Virus record (IMG/VR): IMGVR_UViG_3300028581_000034 | Reading direction: 5' to 3' (one strand) | Length of the DNA: 64,000 nucleotides | Source: an uncultured virus (IMG/VR IMGVR_UViG_3300028581_000034) | Lineage: Duplodnaviria > Heunggongvirae > Uroviricota > Caudoviricetes | Shown: piece after piece, positions 1-10,302 of the stretch | Layout: every line of letters starts with the position of its first letter | How positions within the stretch are numbered: the stretch's first letter is position 1 | The notes under the pieces: model-generated | Told to the model about the DNA's origin: nothing | The model's database searches: none | The model's input: the letters and a program-made list of their open reading frames with translations, nothing else | Translations under genes and position numbers: made by a program

Positions 1-886
1 CTGAAGAACCACTAGTACCATTTGTACCTGAAGTTCCTGACGAACCCGATGTTCCATTTGTACCACTAGTTCCTGATGAACCACTCGTACCATTTGTACC
101 GCTAGTTCCTGAAGAACCGCTTGTACCCGAAGTTCCTGATGAACCTGAAGTTCCTGAAGAACCTGATGTACCCGAAGAACCACTCGTACCATTTGTACCC
201 GAAGTTCCTGATGAACCTGAAGTTCCGCTAGTTCCTGATGAACCGCTTGTACCTGATGTTCCACTTGAACCTGATGTTCCGCTAGTTCCTGAAGAACCTG
301 ATGTACCCGAAGAACCACTCGTACCATTTGTACCCGAAGTTCCACTTGAACCTGATGTTCCGCTAGTTCCTGAAGAACCACTCGTACCATTTGTACCACT
401 AGTTCCTGATGAACCACTTGAACCTGATGTTCCTGATGAGCCTGATGTTCCACTTGTTCCTGATGAACCTGACGTACCGTTTGTACCGCTAGTTCCTGAT
501 GAACCTGAAGTTCCGCTAGTTCCTGATGAACCGCTAGTACCATTTGTACCTGATGTTCCTGACGAACCTGAAGTTCCACTAGTTCCGCTTGAACCTGATG
601 TTCCTGACGAACCACTAGTACCATTCGTACCTGATGTTCCTGACGAACCTGAAGTTCCTGAAGAACCACTAGTACCATTTGTACCTGAAGTTCCTGACGA
701 ACCCGATGTTCCATTTGTACCACTAGTTCCTGATGAACCACTCGTACCATTTGTACCGCTAGTTCCTGAAGAACCGCTTGTACCTGAAGTTCCTGATGAA
801 CCTGAAGTTCCACTAGTCCCTGATGAACCCGAAGTTCCATTTGTTCCGCTAGTTCCTGATGAACCTGATGTTCCTGATGAACCTCC
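1..886 (-). repeat. 9-bp-period tandem coding repeat (Gly-X-Y: GSS, GTS, GTN)
   Basis: Recurring gttcctgat / gaacctgaa / accatttgt units. Bases 1-127 recur identically at 658-784 (offset 657 = 73 x 9). Confidence 0.95.
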
Positions 887-1975
887 AGAAACCATCACCT
901 CCCAATTAGGATTAGAATCAGGTGCCGCTTGTCCTGCAGATATATTTGTTATGGCAACATAAGTGACATTATTATAAGAAACAACATCATTTATACCATA
1001 AGGCGTTACATTAGACCAACCTCCAACCCAGTTAAATCCAAGTCCTGAAGTTCCTGATAAACCTGATGTTCCTGAAGAACCAGAAGTCCCTGAAGAACCT
1101 GAAGAACCTGTAGTTCCTGTAACAGTTACCGAAATATTTCCACCACCGTCATCAGTTACAGACGCATTTGTAAATGTAATACCGGTAACATTTGAAACAA
1201 TTGTAGTACCGTCACCAACTTGAAGAGGGTTACCTCCACCACCACTTGTAAACCCTGTAATTAAAACATTAGAACCATCACTATTATTTAGTGTCAATTC
1301 TCCCAATCCACTATTGTAAGTTCCACCCGTTATAGTACCTGTAAATCCTGTTATTGATAAAGTACCTCCAGTATTATTATAAAGTTCTAAAGTTGTTGAC
1401 GCAGAAAAATAGGTACCACCGGTAATTGCAGTATCAGTACCATAAAATACTCTCCACCTTGCATTATCTCTTGTTACACCACTAACACCTTCAATTGTTG
1501 AGCCTGTCCAAGCATTAATAAAGTTTATACCCGCTTGAGAACGGTCATTAACAGTTGTTGTATAAGTTGTCTCAGTTTTAGCTGAATTACCAGTCAAACC
1601 AGAAAGAGCATTCCACAAATCTTCATAGTTTGGTATGGTATATTGATAAACAGTATCTGTTTCTTGGACAAAAACTTGCATACCAAGTCTTCTACGTCCT
1701 GTTGAAATATTATCAGAATTTAAGGTTAAAATATCTCTAGAAAAAGCAGTGCCAAGACCTTTAGTAAATTGAATTGGTATTGTATTTCCCGAGTAATTTA
1801 CAGGTCCAGATACAGTTCCCCCTAGTGTCCATTCTAAATCTGTGAGGTAATAAACCTCCATGTAACCACCTGTTTGTAAAACAGAGAAATTTGTACCAAA
1901 AGTTGATGTTCGGGCAACACTTTCGGAGCCTGATAATTGAGAACTGGTTATTGGGTTTTTATATTGGAATGCCAT
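2..1975 (-). CDS. Collagen-like (Gly-Ser/Thr-X) fibre or decoration protein, 3'-truncated by window edge; absent from ORF track
   Basis: Hand translation from ATG at 1975 (MAFQYKNPITSSQLSGSES...) is open to the window edge. It includes RRLGMQVFVQE, a W..VTPY.INDVVSY..VTYVA....AP...PNW module and then continuous GSS/GTS/GTN triplets. TATTTATA lies 10 nt upstream. Confidence 0.85.
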   Translation of the reverse strand, partial: MAFQYKNPITSSQLSGSESVARTSTFGTNFSVLQTGGYMEVYYLTDLEWTLGGTVSGPVNYSGNTIPIQFTKGLGTAFSRDILTLNSDNISTGRRRLGMQVFVQETDTVYQYTIPNYEDLWNALSGLTGNSAKTETTYTTTVNDRSQAGINFINAWTGSTIEGVSGVTRDNARWRVFYGTDTAITGGTYFSASTTLELYNNTGGTLSITGFTGTITGGTYNSGLGELTLNNSDGSNVLITGFTSGGGGNPLQVGDGTTIVSNVTGITFTNASVTDDGGGNISVTVTGTTGSSGSSGTSGSSGTSGLSGTSGLGFNWVGGWSNVTPYGINDVVSYNNVTYVAITNISAGQAAPDSNPNWEVMVSGGSSGTSGSSGTSGTNGTSGSSGTSGTSGSSGTSGTSGSSGTSGTNGTSGSSGTSGTNGTSGSSGTSGTNGTSGSSGTSGSSGTSGTNGTSGSSGTSGSSGTSGTSGSSGTSGTNGTSGSSGTSGTSGSSGTSGTNGTSGSSGTSGTSGSSGTSGSSGSSGTSGTNGTSGSSGTSGTSGSSGTSGTNGTSGSSGTSGSSGTSGTSGSSGTSGTSGSSGTSGTSGSSGTSGTNGTSGSSGTSGSSGTSGSSGTSGTSGSSGTSGTNGTSGSSGTSGTNGTSGSSGTSGTNGTSGSS

Positions 1976-1985
1976 TTTTTTTATT

Positions 1986-1993
1986 TATAAATA
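1986..1993 (-). promoter_or_regulatory. TATTTATA putative late promoter
   Basis: Coding-strand motif 10 nt before ATG 1975; recurs before most structural genes. Confidence 0.6.
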
Positions 1994-2021
1994 CTAAGTT
2001 TTTTATCCATCAATATTAATT

Positions 2022-3623
2022 TTATGTTTTTGTATCACCTTTGAAGTATAGTGATTGTGTGAGTGGCGTTGAAGGTGGTTGTTCTGCAAACGTACTTAAC
2101 CATAACACCCTATAAACACCAGCAGGAATTGCTGCTCCTGAAGTAACCGTAACGTTTATTGCCGACAACAATGGGTCAGGTATTCCGTCATCTAATAGAT
2201 TAGTTGCACAAGCCGAACCTGAACCAATATCTACAGTCATGTTGTTCATAACTCCACCAACACCTGCTAAAGGAACCCACATTGAGTAGAAATAAACAGT
2301 ATTTGGGTCAACTTGTGCTGTGGTAACTTGAATGGTTCCAAAAGTGTATTGATTTTGTGTACATCCAAACGAGTCTGTTCCAGAACCTGAAGCCTGACGT
2401 ATAAATGAACTAAGTGAAGTTACTGGTGTTAAGAAATTATCTTGTGGTGTAGTCCAACCTGGGAAGTGAACATAATCATCTAAATTATTATTATAATTAG
2501 ATGAGCCAGGTGTACCGGAATTCCAATACCCATACCAATCAGCTCCCGCTCCAACCATGTAAGTTCCTAAACTTGTAATTGAATTTACGTCTTGAGGTTC
2601 GGGGAATAGATATGCCGAATATGCCGGTAAACTTGGAGTTACCGTTGGGGTTACTGTAGGTGTTGGGGTAACACTTGAAGTTACTGTAGGTGTTGGGGTA
2701 ACACTTGTTGTTGGTGTTACTGATGGTGTCGGTGTAACCGTTCTTGTTGGGGTAATTGATGGAGTATTTGTTGGTGTAACAGAAGGAGTTTGAGTAACTG
2801 ATGGAGTTACAGTTGGGGTTTGGGTATTTGTTGGTGTAACTGAAGGAGTTTGAGTAACTGATGGAGTTACAGTTGGTGTTACTGTGTTTGTTGGAGTAAT
2901 TGTTGGTGTTAATGTTGGGGTTGGAGTAATTGTACTTGTTTGAGTAGGTGTAATTGTTGGTGTTAACGAAGGCGTAATTGATGGTGTAACAGAAGGTGTC
3001 GGTGTGGTTGTTGGAGTATTTGTTGGTGTAATAGATGGTGTATTTGTTGGAGTATATGTTGGAGTTGAAGTTACTGTTGGTGTAACCGTATTGGTTGGTG
3101 TAACAGTCGCTGTTGGTGTTACAGTCGGAGTTTGTGTTGGTGTTTGTGTTGGAGATTCTGTTGGAGTTTGTGTTGGTGTGTGTGTAACAGTTGGTGTGTT
3201 TGTTGCAGTTATTGATGGGGTAATTGTGTTTGTTGGAGTAATAGTCGGAGTAACCGAAACAGAAACTGTAATAGATGGTGTAACAGATGGGGTTGGTGTT
3301 TGTGTTGATGTTGGAGTTGGACTTACCCCACCTCCTGATGGAGTTACAGTTGGTGTAGGAGTTACACTAGGTGTTGGGGTTGGTGTTGGGGTTATATCAC
3401 CAAAACAAATGGTGACACCATCAATCATCTCACCACGAGTTTGTGATAAATAAACGGCAGTTGTTCCTGTAGAACCTGTATAAACGTCAAAAGGACCTAA
3501 AGCATTTGAATTAAGAGGAATTCTTACAATAAAACATTGATTCCCAGTTACCGTGATTTGTTGTTCAACAATCGTATCACAGCCTGAAGCACGGTTAACT
3601 ACAAGAATATTCTCTAACGCCAT
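2022..3623 (-). CDS. Pro/Thr-repeat (mucin-like linker) virion-associated protein
   Basis: 533 aa ORF with about 250 aa of TPTxTP repeats between two globular domains. TATTTATA upstream at 3633-3640. Confidence 0.75.
   Translation of the reverse strand: MALENILVVNRASGCDTIVEQQITVTGNQCFIVRIPLNSNALGPFDVYTGSTGTTAVYLSQTRGEMIDGVTICFGDITPTPTPTPSVTPTPTVTPSGGGVSPTPTSTQTPTPSVTPSITVSVSVTPTITPTNTITPSITATNTPTVTHTPTQTPTESPTQTPTQTPTVTPTATVTPTNTVTPTVTSTPTYTPTNTPSITPTNTPTTTPTPSVTPSITPSLTPTITPTQTSTITPTPTLTPTITPTNTVTPTVTPSVTQTPSVTPTNTQTPTVTPSVTQTPSVTPTNTPSITPTRTVTPTPSVTPTTSVTPTPTVTSSVTPTPTVTPTVTPSLPAYSAYLFPEPQDVNSITSLGTYMVGAGADWYGYWNSGTPGSSNYNNNLDDYVHFPGWTTPQDNFLTPVTSLSSFIRQASGSGTDSFGCTQNQYTFGTIQVTTAQVDPNTVYFYSMWVPLAGVGGVMNNMTVDIGSGSACATNLLDDGIPDPLLSAINVTVTSGAAIPAGVYRVLWLSTFAEQPPSTPLTQSLYFKGDTKT
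2631..3395 (-). repeat. 12-bp-period TPTx coding repeat
   Basis: [11 protein letters not shown]... in the translation; gttggtgt units in the DNA. Confidence 0.9.
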
Positions 3624-3737
3624 AACTTTGATTATAAATACACAGGTTTTATTCTTTTTTAGAATAATATTTCAGTTTTCTTATATTAAAACAAACTGAA
3701 AAAACTTTAGTTATTAAATAATAAGTGTCTTATTACA

Positions 3738-4073
3738 CTAAGAAATAATAGTTTCAAAAGTACAAGTACTTTCAGTGACTGAAATATTAACAATACAATT
3801 AGCAAGTTGTACGGATATATCAAACCCACAACCTTCACTACAATCTAATATTTGAAACTTTTCACACCCATTATTATCAATTAACAACACCATAATTGAT
3901 GGTGCTGATAAGAATAATGTAGGTGGAAAAAATCTAGCTGCAGGTGGTATAACACCTGTGTCAGTAATAGTACCTAAAAGAGTTGTATTATTACCATAAA
4001 CATCTGCAACATACACAGATATTGGTGTTGAACCCGAAACCGCTTCTATTCTTATTTGATTCATGATAGACAA
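3738..4073 (-). CDS. Hypothetical beta-rich structural protein (single SprB/Ig-like module)
   Basis: 111 aa, SGSTPISVY...LIDNNGCEK resembles the modules of the adjacent gene. Overlaps the upstream stop codon. Confidence 0.6.
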   Translation of the reverse strand: MSIMNQIRIEAVSGSTPISVYVADVYGNNTTLLGTITDTGVIPPAARFFPPTLFLSAPSIMVLLIDNNGCEKFQILDCSEGCGFDISVQLANCIVNISVTESTCTFETIIS

Positions 4074-7000
4074 TCAATATCGTATTCAATAATTAGTTCA
4101 ACTATCACTTCTTGGGTTGATATACCACTACCAGGATTTGATTTAATTGTTATTTGATTTGTTGACGGATTAACAACAACACTAACAATCCCTGAAATAC
4201 TTTGTAATAAATTTTGAATGGTTGTATACCATAAGTTATCACTTGGTACATCAACTAATGTTGTTCCCGTGTAGAACGTATTTGTAATAACAGTATTTTG
4301 TGGTTGGATTTGAACTTTTGCGGTATAAGTCGCTTGAGTTAAAATACAATCAGTATTACCTGATGTTAAATCATAATATCCATCAACTAAAATTTGATTA
4401 ATTCCACATTTTGTTGGTGAAATAATATCAAACAAATCAGCACCCATCGTGTAACTCTGAACCGATGTATAAACTTTATCACAATCTATTTCAGTTCCTC
4501 TAACCAATGAACATCCATTTGAATCTTCAACAATTAATGTATAAGTACCACCCGTCAAACCTGATACTGAAATTTGTTGTGGGTTTCCAAGAACGTTATC
4601 CGACCAATAGAAGTTAAATGGTGGAATCCCTGATGATATAAAGGCGGTTATTGTTCCTTGACTTCCAGTTCCACAAGAAGTTGAATACAATGAGAAATTA
4701 ACAGGTGGTGTTGAATCAACACTGAACGCTTTAGTTATCGCACACCCTGAACCATCGGTAACTGTTACCGTGTGTTGTCCAACAGAAATATTATTAAAAG
4801 TTACAGAACTTAAAATTGTATCTGTAATATTAATAATTCCATCAATAGAATATGTTAGCGGAGTTTCATATCCCGAACCAACATAAATGTCAACCTGACC
4901 ATAAGGATTATTACAAGTTGAATTATTAACTCCAATTGTTACATCAAATTTATCTTGTGTTAGAATTGTAACTGATTGTGTGTACAAACAGCCACCATTA
5001 TCTTCAACAAAAACAGTGTATGTACCCCCCAATAAATTAGAGAACACTTCTTGAGTTTGATTACCCGTTACAATATCTGAATTACCATCAGAGTCAACAA
5101 GTGTGATTGTATATGGTGTTACACCTCCAACAATGTTGACAGTAATCTCACCATCAGTTAATGAACAATAAGAGTTTTGTGTTATAACATTAACAGATGT
5201 AATACCATATGAACTGTTAATTGCTGTTGAGGCAACAAATTTACAAAGAGCAGCGTCTGTAACTTGTATCTGATACTGACCATTACTTAAATTTGGTAAT
5301 GTGAATTCAGTAGAATAACTAATATCAACTGTCCCTGTAGAAGCTGAATAGTAGTATGGTGCAGTTCCGCCTGTAATAGTAAATGTAAGACTACCATTAT
5401 TGTTAAAACACGTTGGGTTAATTGCCGTAATAGAACCAAGTCCAACAGGTGCCAAGTTAACAATCTCACCATTCTCTGTTTTTTTACAACCATAAAAATC
5501 AGTAACTTCAACAGAGTAAACACCCGCAGTTAAACCTGAAATACTTGAAGCTAAACTACCGTTACTCCATAGATAAGAATACGGTGGTGTACCTGTCTGT
5601 CCTGTTACATATAATTTACCAATGTTTCCTGTACCACAAGAAGCATTTGGTACAACATATAATCCAAAATCCAACTCTGTTGAATCTTCAACTATAAATG
5701 TTTGGCTTGTTCCTTCACCCCCACCACCATCGGTTGCAACAAGATAGTAAGTTCCTGCAGACAACGAAGTAAAAATAACCTGTCCTGTATTGGAATCTAT
5801 CTGATTGATAATTTCATCACCAATGTTGTATAAACTATACGTTACAACCGAGAATGATGAATCCGATGTTGCTGTTATTGTACCATTGTCCAATCCACAA
5901 GTTGTTGATTCAACACCCAAGATTGAAACACACAAACATCCCGAAACCGTGATGTTAATGTAAAACTCATTGTTAACAGGAACAGTTGAGTCATTGGCTC
6001 TTACATTATAAACGCCAGATGGTAATCCTGTCTTATAATTCCCCAATCCTAATTCAGGGTTAAACCAATCAAAAGTATATGGTGGAATCCCACCACTAGC
6101 AGTTATCAATACCGAACCTAATCCAGTCTGACAAGCTCCCGTAACATTTAAAAAATAATCAAAAATACCACCATTACCAAAAGCACCTGTTGATGGTGTG
6201 ACTGTTGGAGTTACTGTTGGTGTTGGTGTTTTAGTTTGGGTTGGTGTTGGACTCGGAGAAGCGTTTGGCGTTATTGTTGGAGTCGGAGTTGTTGTCGGAG
6301 TTATTGTTGGGGTTGGACTTGGACATGGTGGACAATTACCTGAATCATCACAACCTGCCGTTAACACATATGAAAAAGTTGGATTGGTGTCAATGTATAG
6401 TGTGTCACCAGTAAATCCTGTTGTTGCAGTTGCGCACCCAACATAAGAACCACCAACACCGTAGTAATTTATTGAAAATACACTACCGTCAACATAATCG
6501 GTTGACATCTCAACATCACCTCGTCTAAAACTAAACGTAGAACCGTCACAACAATCGGTAAATGTATAAACACATTCAGTAGTATTAGATTCTGTACAAG
6601 CTCCACACGCTCCTTGTGATGTATCATTAGTGTAAGGACTAATAAATGTTTGTGCCGGTGTATTAAAAGAATTTGTACCCAAGTAAGCATAACACAATCC
6701 ATCACCACTATAAACAACAGATGATATTGCAATTTGGAATGCTGCAGTATTAACTTCAAATGTTTTATAAACCGGGTCAGGGTTAGATATTCCAAAACAA
6801 CAACTTACAAAGTATTTGTTAGCATATGTTGGACAAGGGTAACTACTTTCACATACTGTGCAGTTATCAAAACCAACCATGTAATCATCACCACCACTAC
6901 CACTTAAACTTGTGATTTCCCAACACTCACCGTTGATAGCAATTGCCTGACCAACAGATGCTGTTGATGGGACATTTACGTCTAAAGTGGTTACCTCATC

Positions 7001-7327
7001 ACAACAACTTGTCAATATTGCAGGTACAAAAGTTGCTGGAGGTATAATACATCCACCACCATGTTCATATACACAAGCATCACAATCTGTACCTGTACCA
7101 CCTGAATAACTTGTGAAACTATTACTTAACGTATAAGTAAGAACACCGCCAGTATGAGTACTGAAAGCCTCCCAACATAATGTTCCGTAAGTTCCATCTG
7201 TTGTTGTATATGTTTGTCCAACAATAAAAGTACTATTTGACGTACCATTTACAGTAGGTGTGCAAGGTTGAATGACGATTGTCGGGTCAGAACAACAACG
7301 AAGATAAAAGAAATTACTACAAGCCAT
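4061..7327 (-). CDS. Cys-rich, PT-linker, SprB-repeat adhesin-like protein
   Basis: Repeats GGIPPYTFDW, GTPPYSYLWSNG...SISGLTAGVYSVEVTDFYGC, GGTAPYYYS, GGVTPYTI, GIPPFNFYWS...GLTGGTYTLIVEDSNGC. N-terminal CC...CW...C..C repeats. Confidence 0.75.
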   Translation of the reverse strand: MACSNFFYLRCCSDPTIVIQPCTPTVNGTSNSTFIVGQTYTTTDGTYGTLCWEAFSTHTGGVLTYTLSNSFTSYSGGTGTDCDACVYEHGGGCIIPPATFVPAILTSCCDEVTTLDVNVPSTASVGQAIAINGECWEITSLSGSGGDDYMVGFDNCTVCESSYPCPTYANKYFVSCCFGISNPDPVYKTFEVNTAAFQIAISSVVYSGDGLCYAYLGTNSFNTPAQTFISPYTNDTSQGACGACTESNTTECVYTFTDCCDGSTFSFRRGDVEMSTDYVDGSVFSINYYGVGGSYVGCATATTGFTGDTLYIDTNPTFSYVLTAGCDDSGNCPPCPSPTPTITPTTTPTPTITPNASPSPTPTQTKTPTPTVTPTVTPSTGAFGNGGIFDYFLNVTGACQTGLGSVLITASGGIPPYTFDWFNPELGLGNYKTGLPSGVYNVRANDSTVPVNNEFYINITVSGCLCVSILGVESTTCGLDNGTITATSDSSFSVVTYSLYNIGDEIINQIDSNTGQVIFTSLSAGTYYLVATDGGGGEGTSQTFIVEDSTELDFGLYVVPNASCGTGNIGKLYVTGQTGTPPYSYLWSNGSLASSISGLTAGVYSVEVTDFYGCKKTENGEIVNLAPVGLGSITAINPTCFNNNGSLTFTITGGTAPYYYSASTGTVDISYSTEFTLPNLSNGQYQIQVTDAALCKFVASTAINSSYGITSVNVITQNSYCSLTDGEITVNIVGGVTPYTITLVDSDGNSDIVTGNQTQEVFSNLLGGTYTVFVEDNGGCLYTQSVTILTQDKFDVTIGVNNSTCNNPYGQVDIYVGSGYETPLTYSIDGIINITDTILSSVTFNNISVGQHTVTVTDGSGCAITKAFSVDSTPPVNFSLYSTSCGTGSQGTITAFISSGIPPFNFYWSDNVLGNPQQISVSGLTGGTYTLIVEDSNGCSLVRGTEIDCDKVYTSVQSYTMGADLFDIISPTKCGINQILVDGYYDLTSGNTDCILTQATYTAKVQIQPQNTVITNTFYTGTTLVDVPSDNLWYTTIQNLLQSISGIVSVVVNPSTNQITIKSNPGSGISTQEVIVELIIEYDIDCLS

Positions 7328-10302
7328 TATTCAAAACAACTAACTGAAAGATTTATACCAACTGATAATTGAACTTGTTCTGATGTATTGTTGTCAACAG
7401 ACCTCAAGTTAGTTATTGTTAATTTATTACCATTTAATGTGTAAGTATACCCATATTGGTAAATTTTATACAAATTATTTATTAATGTTGTTCTCCAAGT
7501 GTAGTCAGACGGAGCATCACTAATACCATATCCTGTATAGAAAAATTCATTAATAATTGTTTGAGAACCAATAGTAAGAGTTAAATACCATTCTGATTTT
7601 ACAGAGTTTTGAGTACAAATCTCAGGATTTAAATCATTTTGAGTGTAAAAATTATTAACTCTATTGGCTAATATTCCTGTGAAATTTGAAACAGTAGCAT
7701 CACCATTTAACCAAGGGTAAATGAAGAACTCGGCGTAACCTGTATTACAATCATAATCAAATATATTTGAGATGATAAAACATGGTTCCGCAGGAACTGG
7801 TACAATTTGACAACCTCTTTGTCTTCTATAAACAAATTTCTGTTTGTGAAAGATTGAATTTTCAAGTCTAACACCTGTCATCCAAATTGTTGTTGCTGGA
7901 ATCATTTGTTCAATTAGTTTCATCCAAAAAGGACCCAAAGCATCTACATACTCAATTAACTTTTGATAGGTATATTTGTTATTTGGAAGTCCAACAGTTT
8001 GTTCAGATTGTATGTATTTCCAAAACACACTTTGTAATGTTGGATATCCACCAGTCTTACCATCTGTTATGTACATTCTGTTTCTGGCGTTAATCATATT
8101 TTGCCAAAACGTTTGAGCGAATTCAAAGAATGTTTTCTTCTGTGGCTCAGGGTCAATGACAGTATCATCAATACCACCCGGTGTTGGGAAGTTTGCAGTA
8201 TATCCCGATTCAGGAATTGGGTAATTATAGTTTCTTGATTGGTCCCAAACATCATAAGCTAAACCTTGACCTACATTCAAGAATATATCAACGTTCTTAA
8301 CATTTAAAACCAATTTTTCACTATCAGTAAAATAATAAGATTCATATCCACCTTCAGTTGAAACTCTCAACCTATCATCGGTCGCAACCCAAGACTTTTG
8401 ATTGTCAGGTACTTTTCTTAATTTGTAACCATCCATCATATATGGGAAGTCTGAAAATCTTTGGAGATATATTCCACCATAGGTAAATGGTTCTAATGAA
8501 ACTTGGTTATCTAAATTTTGTCCTGTGTAAGTTTGATAGGTTGGTGTAAATTGGTCAGGACTTCTATGTTGTGGTGTTGATTGATACCAACCAGCCCCTT
8601 CTTGGAAAAACACCGCATTTGAACCCGTATTTGCCGGTGACTGTGGAAAACCATCATTCGCAACAGGGTAATCATTTCTTCTGATATTGACGGTTTGATA
8701 ATCAGTTGTTGTTGTGTATGCCGTAAATTGTTCACCTCTAATAGAATATGTTACAGCACCATTTAAAGTTGGTGTTTCTGTCACATAGGTACCACCCGAT
8801 AATGATGCCCATTGGGTATCAAAATTGACCATATTAATTCTTTGGTCGGCTAAATAAATGAATTCGTTATAATCAATTAACGCATCAGGTGCACCAATTA
8901 ATCTTAATAAAAATTCAACAGATTTTCTTGTTCCCTTACTTTTGAAAAGATATGCGGAATTCAATATCAAATTTCTATAGAATTGGTAATTTAATTCTGT
9001 TGGTGTTTGAGACCTCGCATAACCAGGGTATTCTGTTATGGTTGTTCCAAAAACACTATCTAAGAAATTTTCGTTAGTTATTGGTGAAAAATTATTTGAC
9101 CAACCTAAAGTTTGAGAAAGATTAAATAATAACTGTGATGGAATATCATTACCCGGATTATAGTCAACACTATTCATCCACGCCAAAGAATCAATAAATT
9201 GTTTTATTTGGTCAAAACTTCTACCATATATCTGTAGAACTTTTTCAACTCTTTGGTCCATAGTATCAAATTCTCTAATTGAATCTGTAATCAAAAATCT
9301 TGATACCAAATTTGTTTTATATGAGTCTAAACTTTCCGCAGTGTCGGCTAATTTTGCCAAGTAATTGTCAAATCTACCCGAGATAATATCTAAATTCCAA
9401 CTACCATCTTTAGGCCATGTAACTTGAACATAACCAGTATAAAATTGTCCAGCTTCGTTCTGTAAAGGTACTTGGAAATTTGCAGTGTATTCAGGTGAAA
9501 TAAGTCTATTCATTAAGAATTTTTCCACCTCATCTAAGTCTTCTGCAAAAACTTGGTCAACAATAAAATCATTAGGTCTAACTATAAAATTATCTAACGA
9601 TGTTGATAAACCACTGAAAGGATTTCCTTGAACTATAAAATTTAATGAACCTGAATCAATTGATGATGATGGTGTGAACCCAATAACTCGGTATTCAATA
9701 TTATCCAATGATAATGCATAATCTAAATAAGTTTTTGTTAAATTACGATACTTGGATGTCACAATTTCTCGTAACATAATATTAGTCGTTGCATTGACAG
9801 AATACTCTATGTTAAAAGGATTGTAGATTCTTGAAACATTTACATCAAAACTTGTCTCATCCTCAACTGAGTCATAAACAATATTTGTTGCAGTTTGTCC
9901 TGTGGTATAGTTTGTCATCGTTCTTCTGACATCTAAACCCGCAGGGAAAAAGTTAATTATCTTATTTATTGATACACTGAATCTTTTTGCCAATGAACCA
10001 TAAAGAGAAAAATTCAGAACTTGTGAAACATCATAATTTGGATATACCCTAAACTGTGATTGTAATATTCTTCTACTTTGGTCAACAGAATTTACATCTA
10101 AATCCTCTAAACTTATTGGTTCAGAAAATGTACCAATTGAAAAAGTTCTATTAACCTTTTCTGTTACCGATGTTGTGAAATCAAAAACAGCATTAGTCAG
10201 TCCACCGCCTTCAACAACTTGAAATCCTACGATGTTGTCAAAAGTTCCGGCACCACTACCTGGTGTTGGTGGATAGAAAAATTTTGTCGAATTGACTGCC
10301 AT
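7327..10302 (-). CDS. Probable baseplate wedge protein (gp7 / P2 gpI-like motif)
   Basis: LLFNLSQTLGW...LFKSKGTRKSVEFLLRLIG resembles the KGT motif of gpI/gp7-type wedge proteins. It lies in the operon downstream of gp25/gp6. Confidence 0.55.
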   Translation of the reverse strand: MAVNSTKFFYPPTPGSGAGTFDNIVGFQVVEGGGLTNAVFDFTTSVTEKVNRTFSIGTFSEPISLEDLDVNSVDQSRRILQSQFRVYPNYDVSQVLNFSLYGSLAKRFSVSINKIINFFPAGLDVRRTMTNYTTGQTATNIVYDSVEDETSFDVNVSRIYNPFNIEYSVNATTNIMLREIVTSKYRNLTKTYLDYALSLDNIEYRVIGFTPSSSIDSGSLNFIVQGNPFSGLSTSLDNFIVRPNDFIVDQVFAEDLDEVEKFLMNRLISPEYTANFQVPLQNEAGQFYTGYVQVTWPKDGSWNLDIISGRFDNYLAKLADTAESLDSYKTNLVSRFLITDSIREFDTMDQRVEKVLQIYGRSFDQIKQFIDSLAWMNSVDYNPGNDIPSQLLFNLSQTLGWSNNFSPITNENFLDSVFGTTITEYPGYARSQTPTELNYQFYRNLILNSAYLFKSKGTRKSVEFLLRLIGAPDALIDYNEFIYLADQRINMVNFDTQWASLSGGTYVTETPTLNGAVTYSIRGEQFTAYTTTTDYQTVNIRRNDYPVANDGFPQSPANTGSNAVFFQEGAGWYQSTPQHRSPDQFTPTYQTYTGQNLDNQVSLEPFTYGGIYLQRFSDFPYMMDGYKLRKVPDNQKSWVATDDRLRVSTEGGYESYYFTDSEKLVLNVKNVDIFLNVGQGLAYDVWDQSRNYNYPIPESGYTANFPTPGGIDDTVIDPEPQKKTFFEFAQTFWQNMINARNRMYITDGKTGGYPTLQSVFWKYIQSEQTVGLPNNKYTYQKLIEYVDALGPFWMKLIEQMIPATTIWMTGVRLENSIFHKQKFVYRRQRGCQIVPVPAEPCFIISNIFDYDCNTGYAEFFIYPWLNGDATVSNFTGILANRVNNFYTQNDLNPEICTQNSVKSEWYLTLTIGSQTIINEFFYTGYGISDAPSDYTWRTTLINNLYKIYQYGYTYTLNGNKLTITNLRSVDNNTSEQVQLSVGINLSVSCFE

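Noticed and set aside
1..3395. Repeat arrays as possible CRISPR or non-coding satellite
   Set aside because: Periods are 9 and 12 bp, in frame, vary at wobble positions and have no unique spacers, so they are coding repeats.
3004..3453. Plus-strand Val/Gly-repeat ORF (also 6198-6446)
   Set aside because: Antisense shadow of the Thr-Pro repeats; the reverse complements of ACN/CCN codons contain no stops.
3671..3735. Short inverted repeats in the 3624-3737 intergenic gap
   Set aside because: Stems of 7-8 bp that are mostly A/T are expected by chance at this composition.
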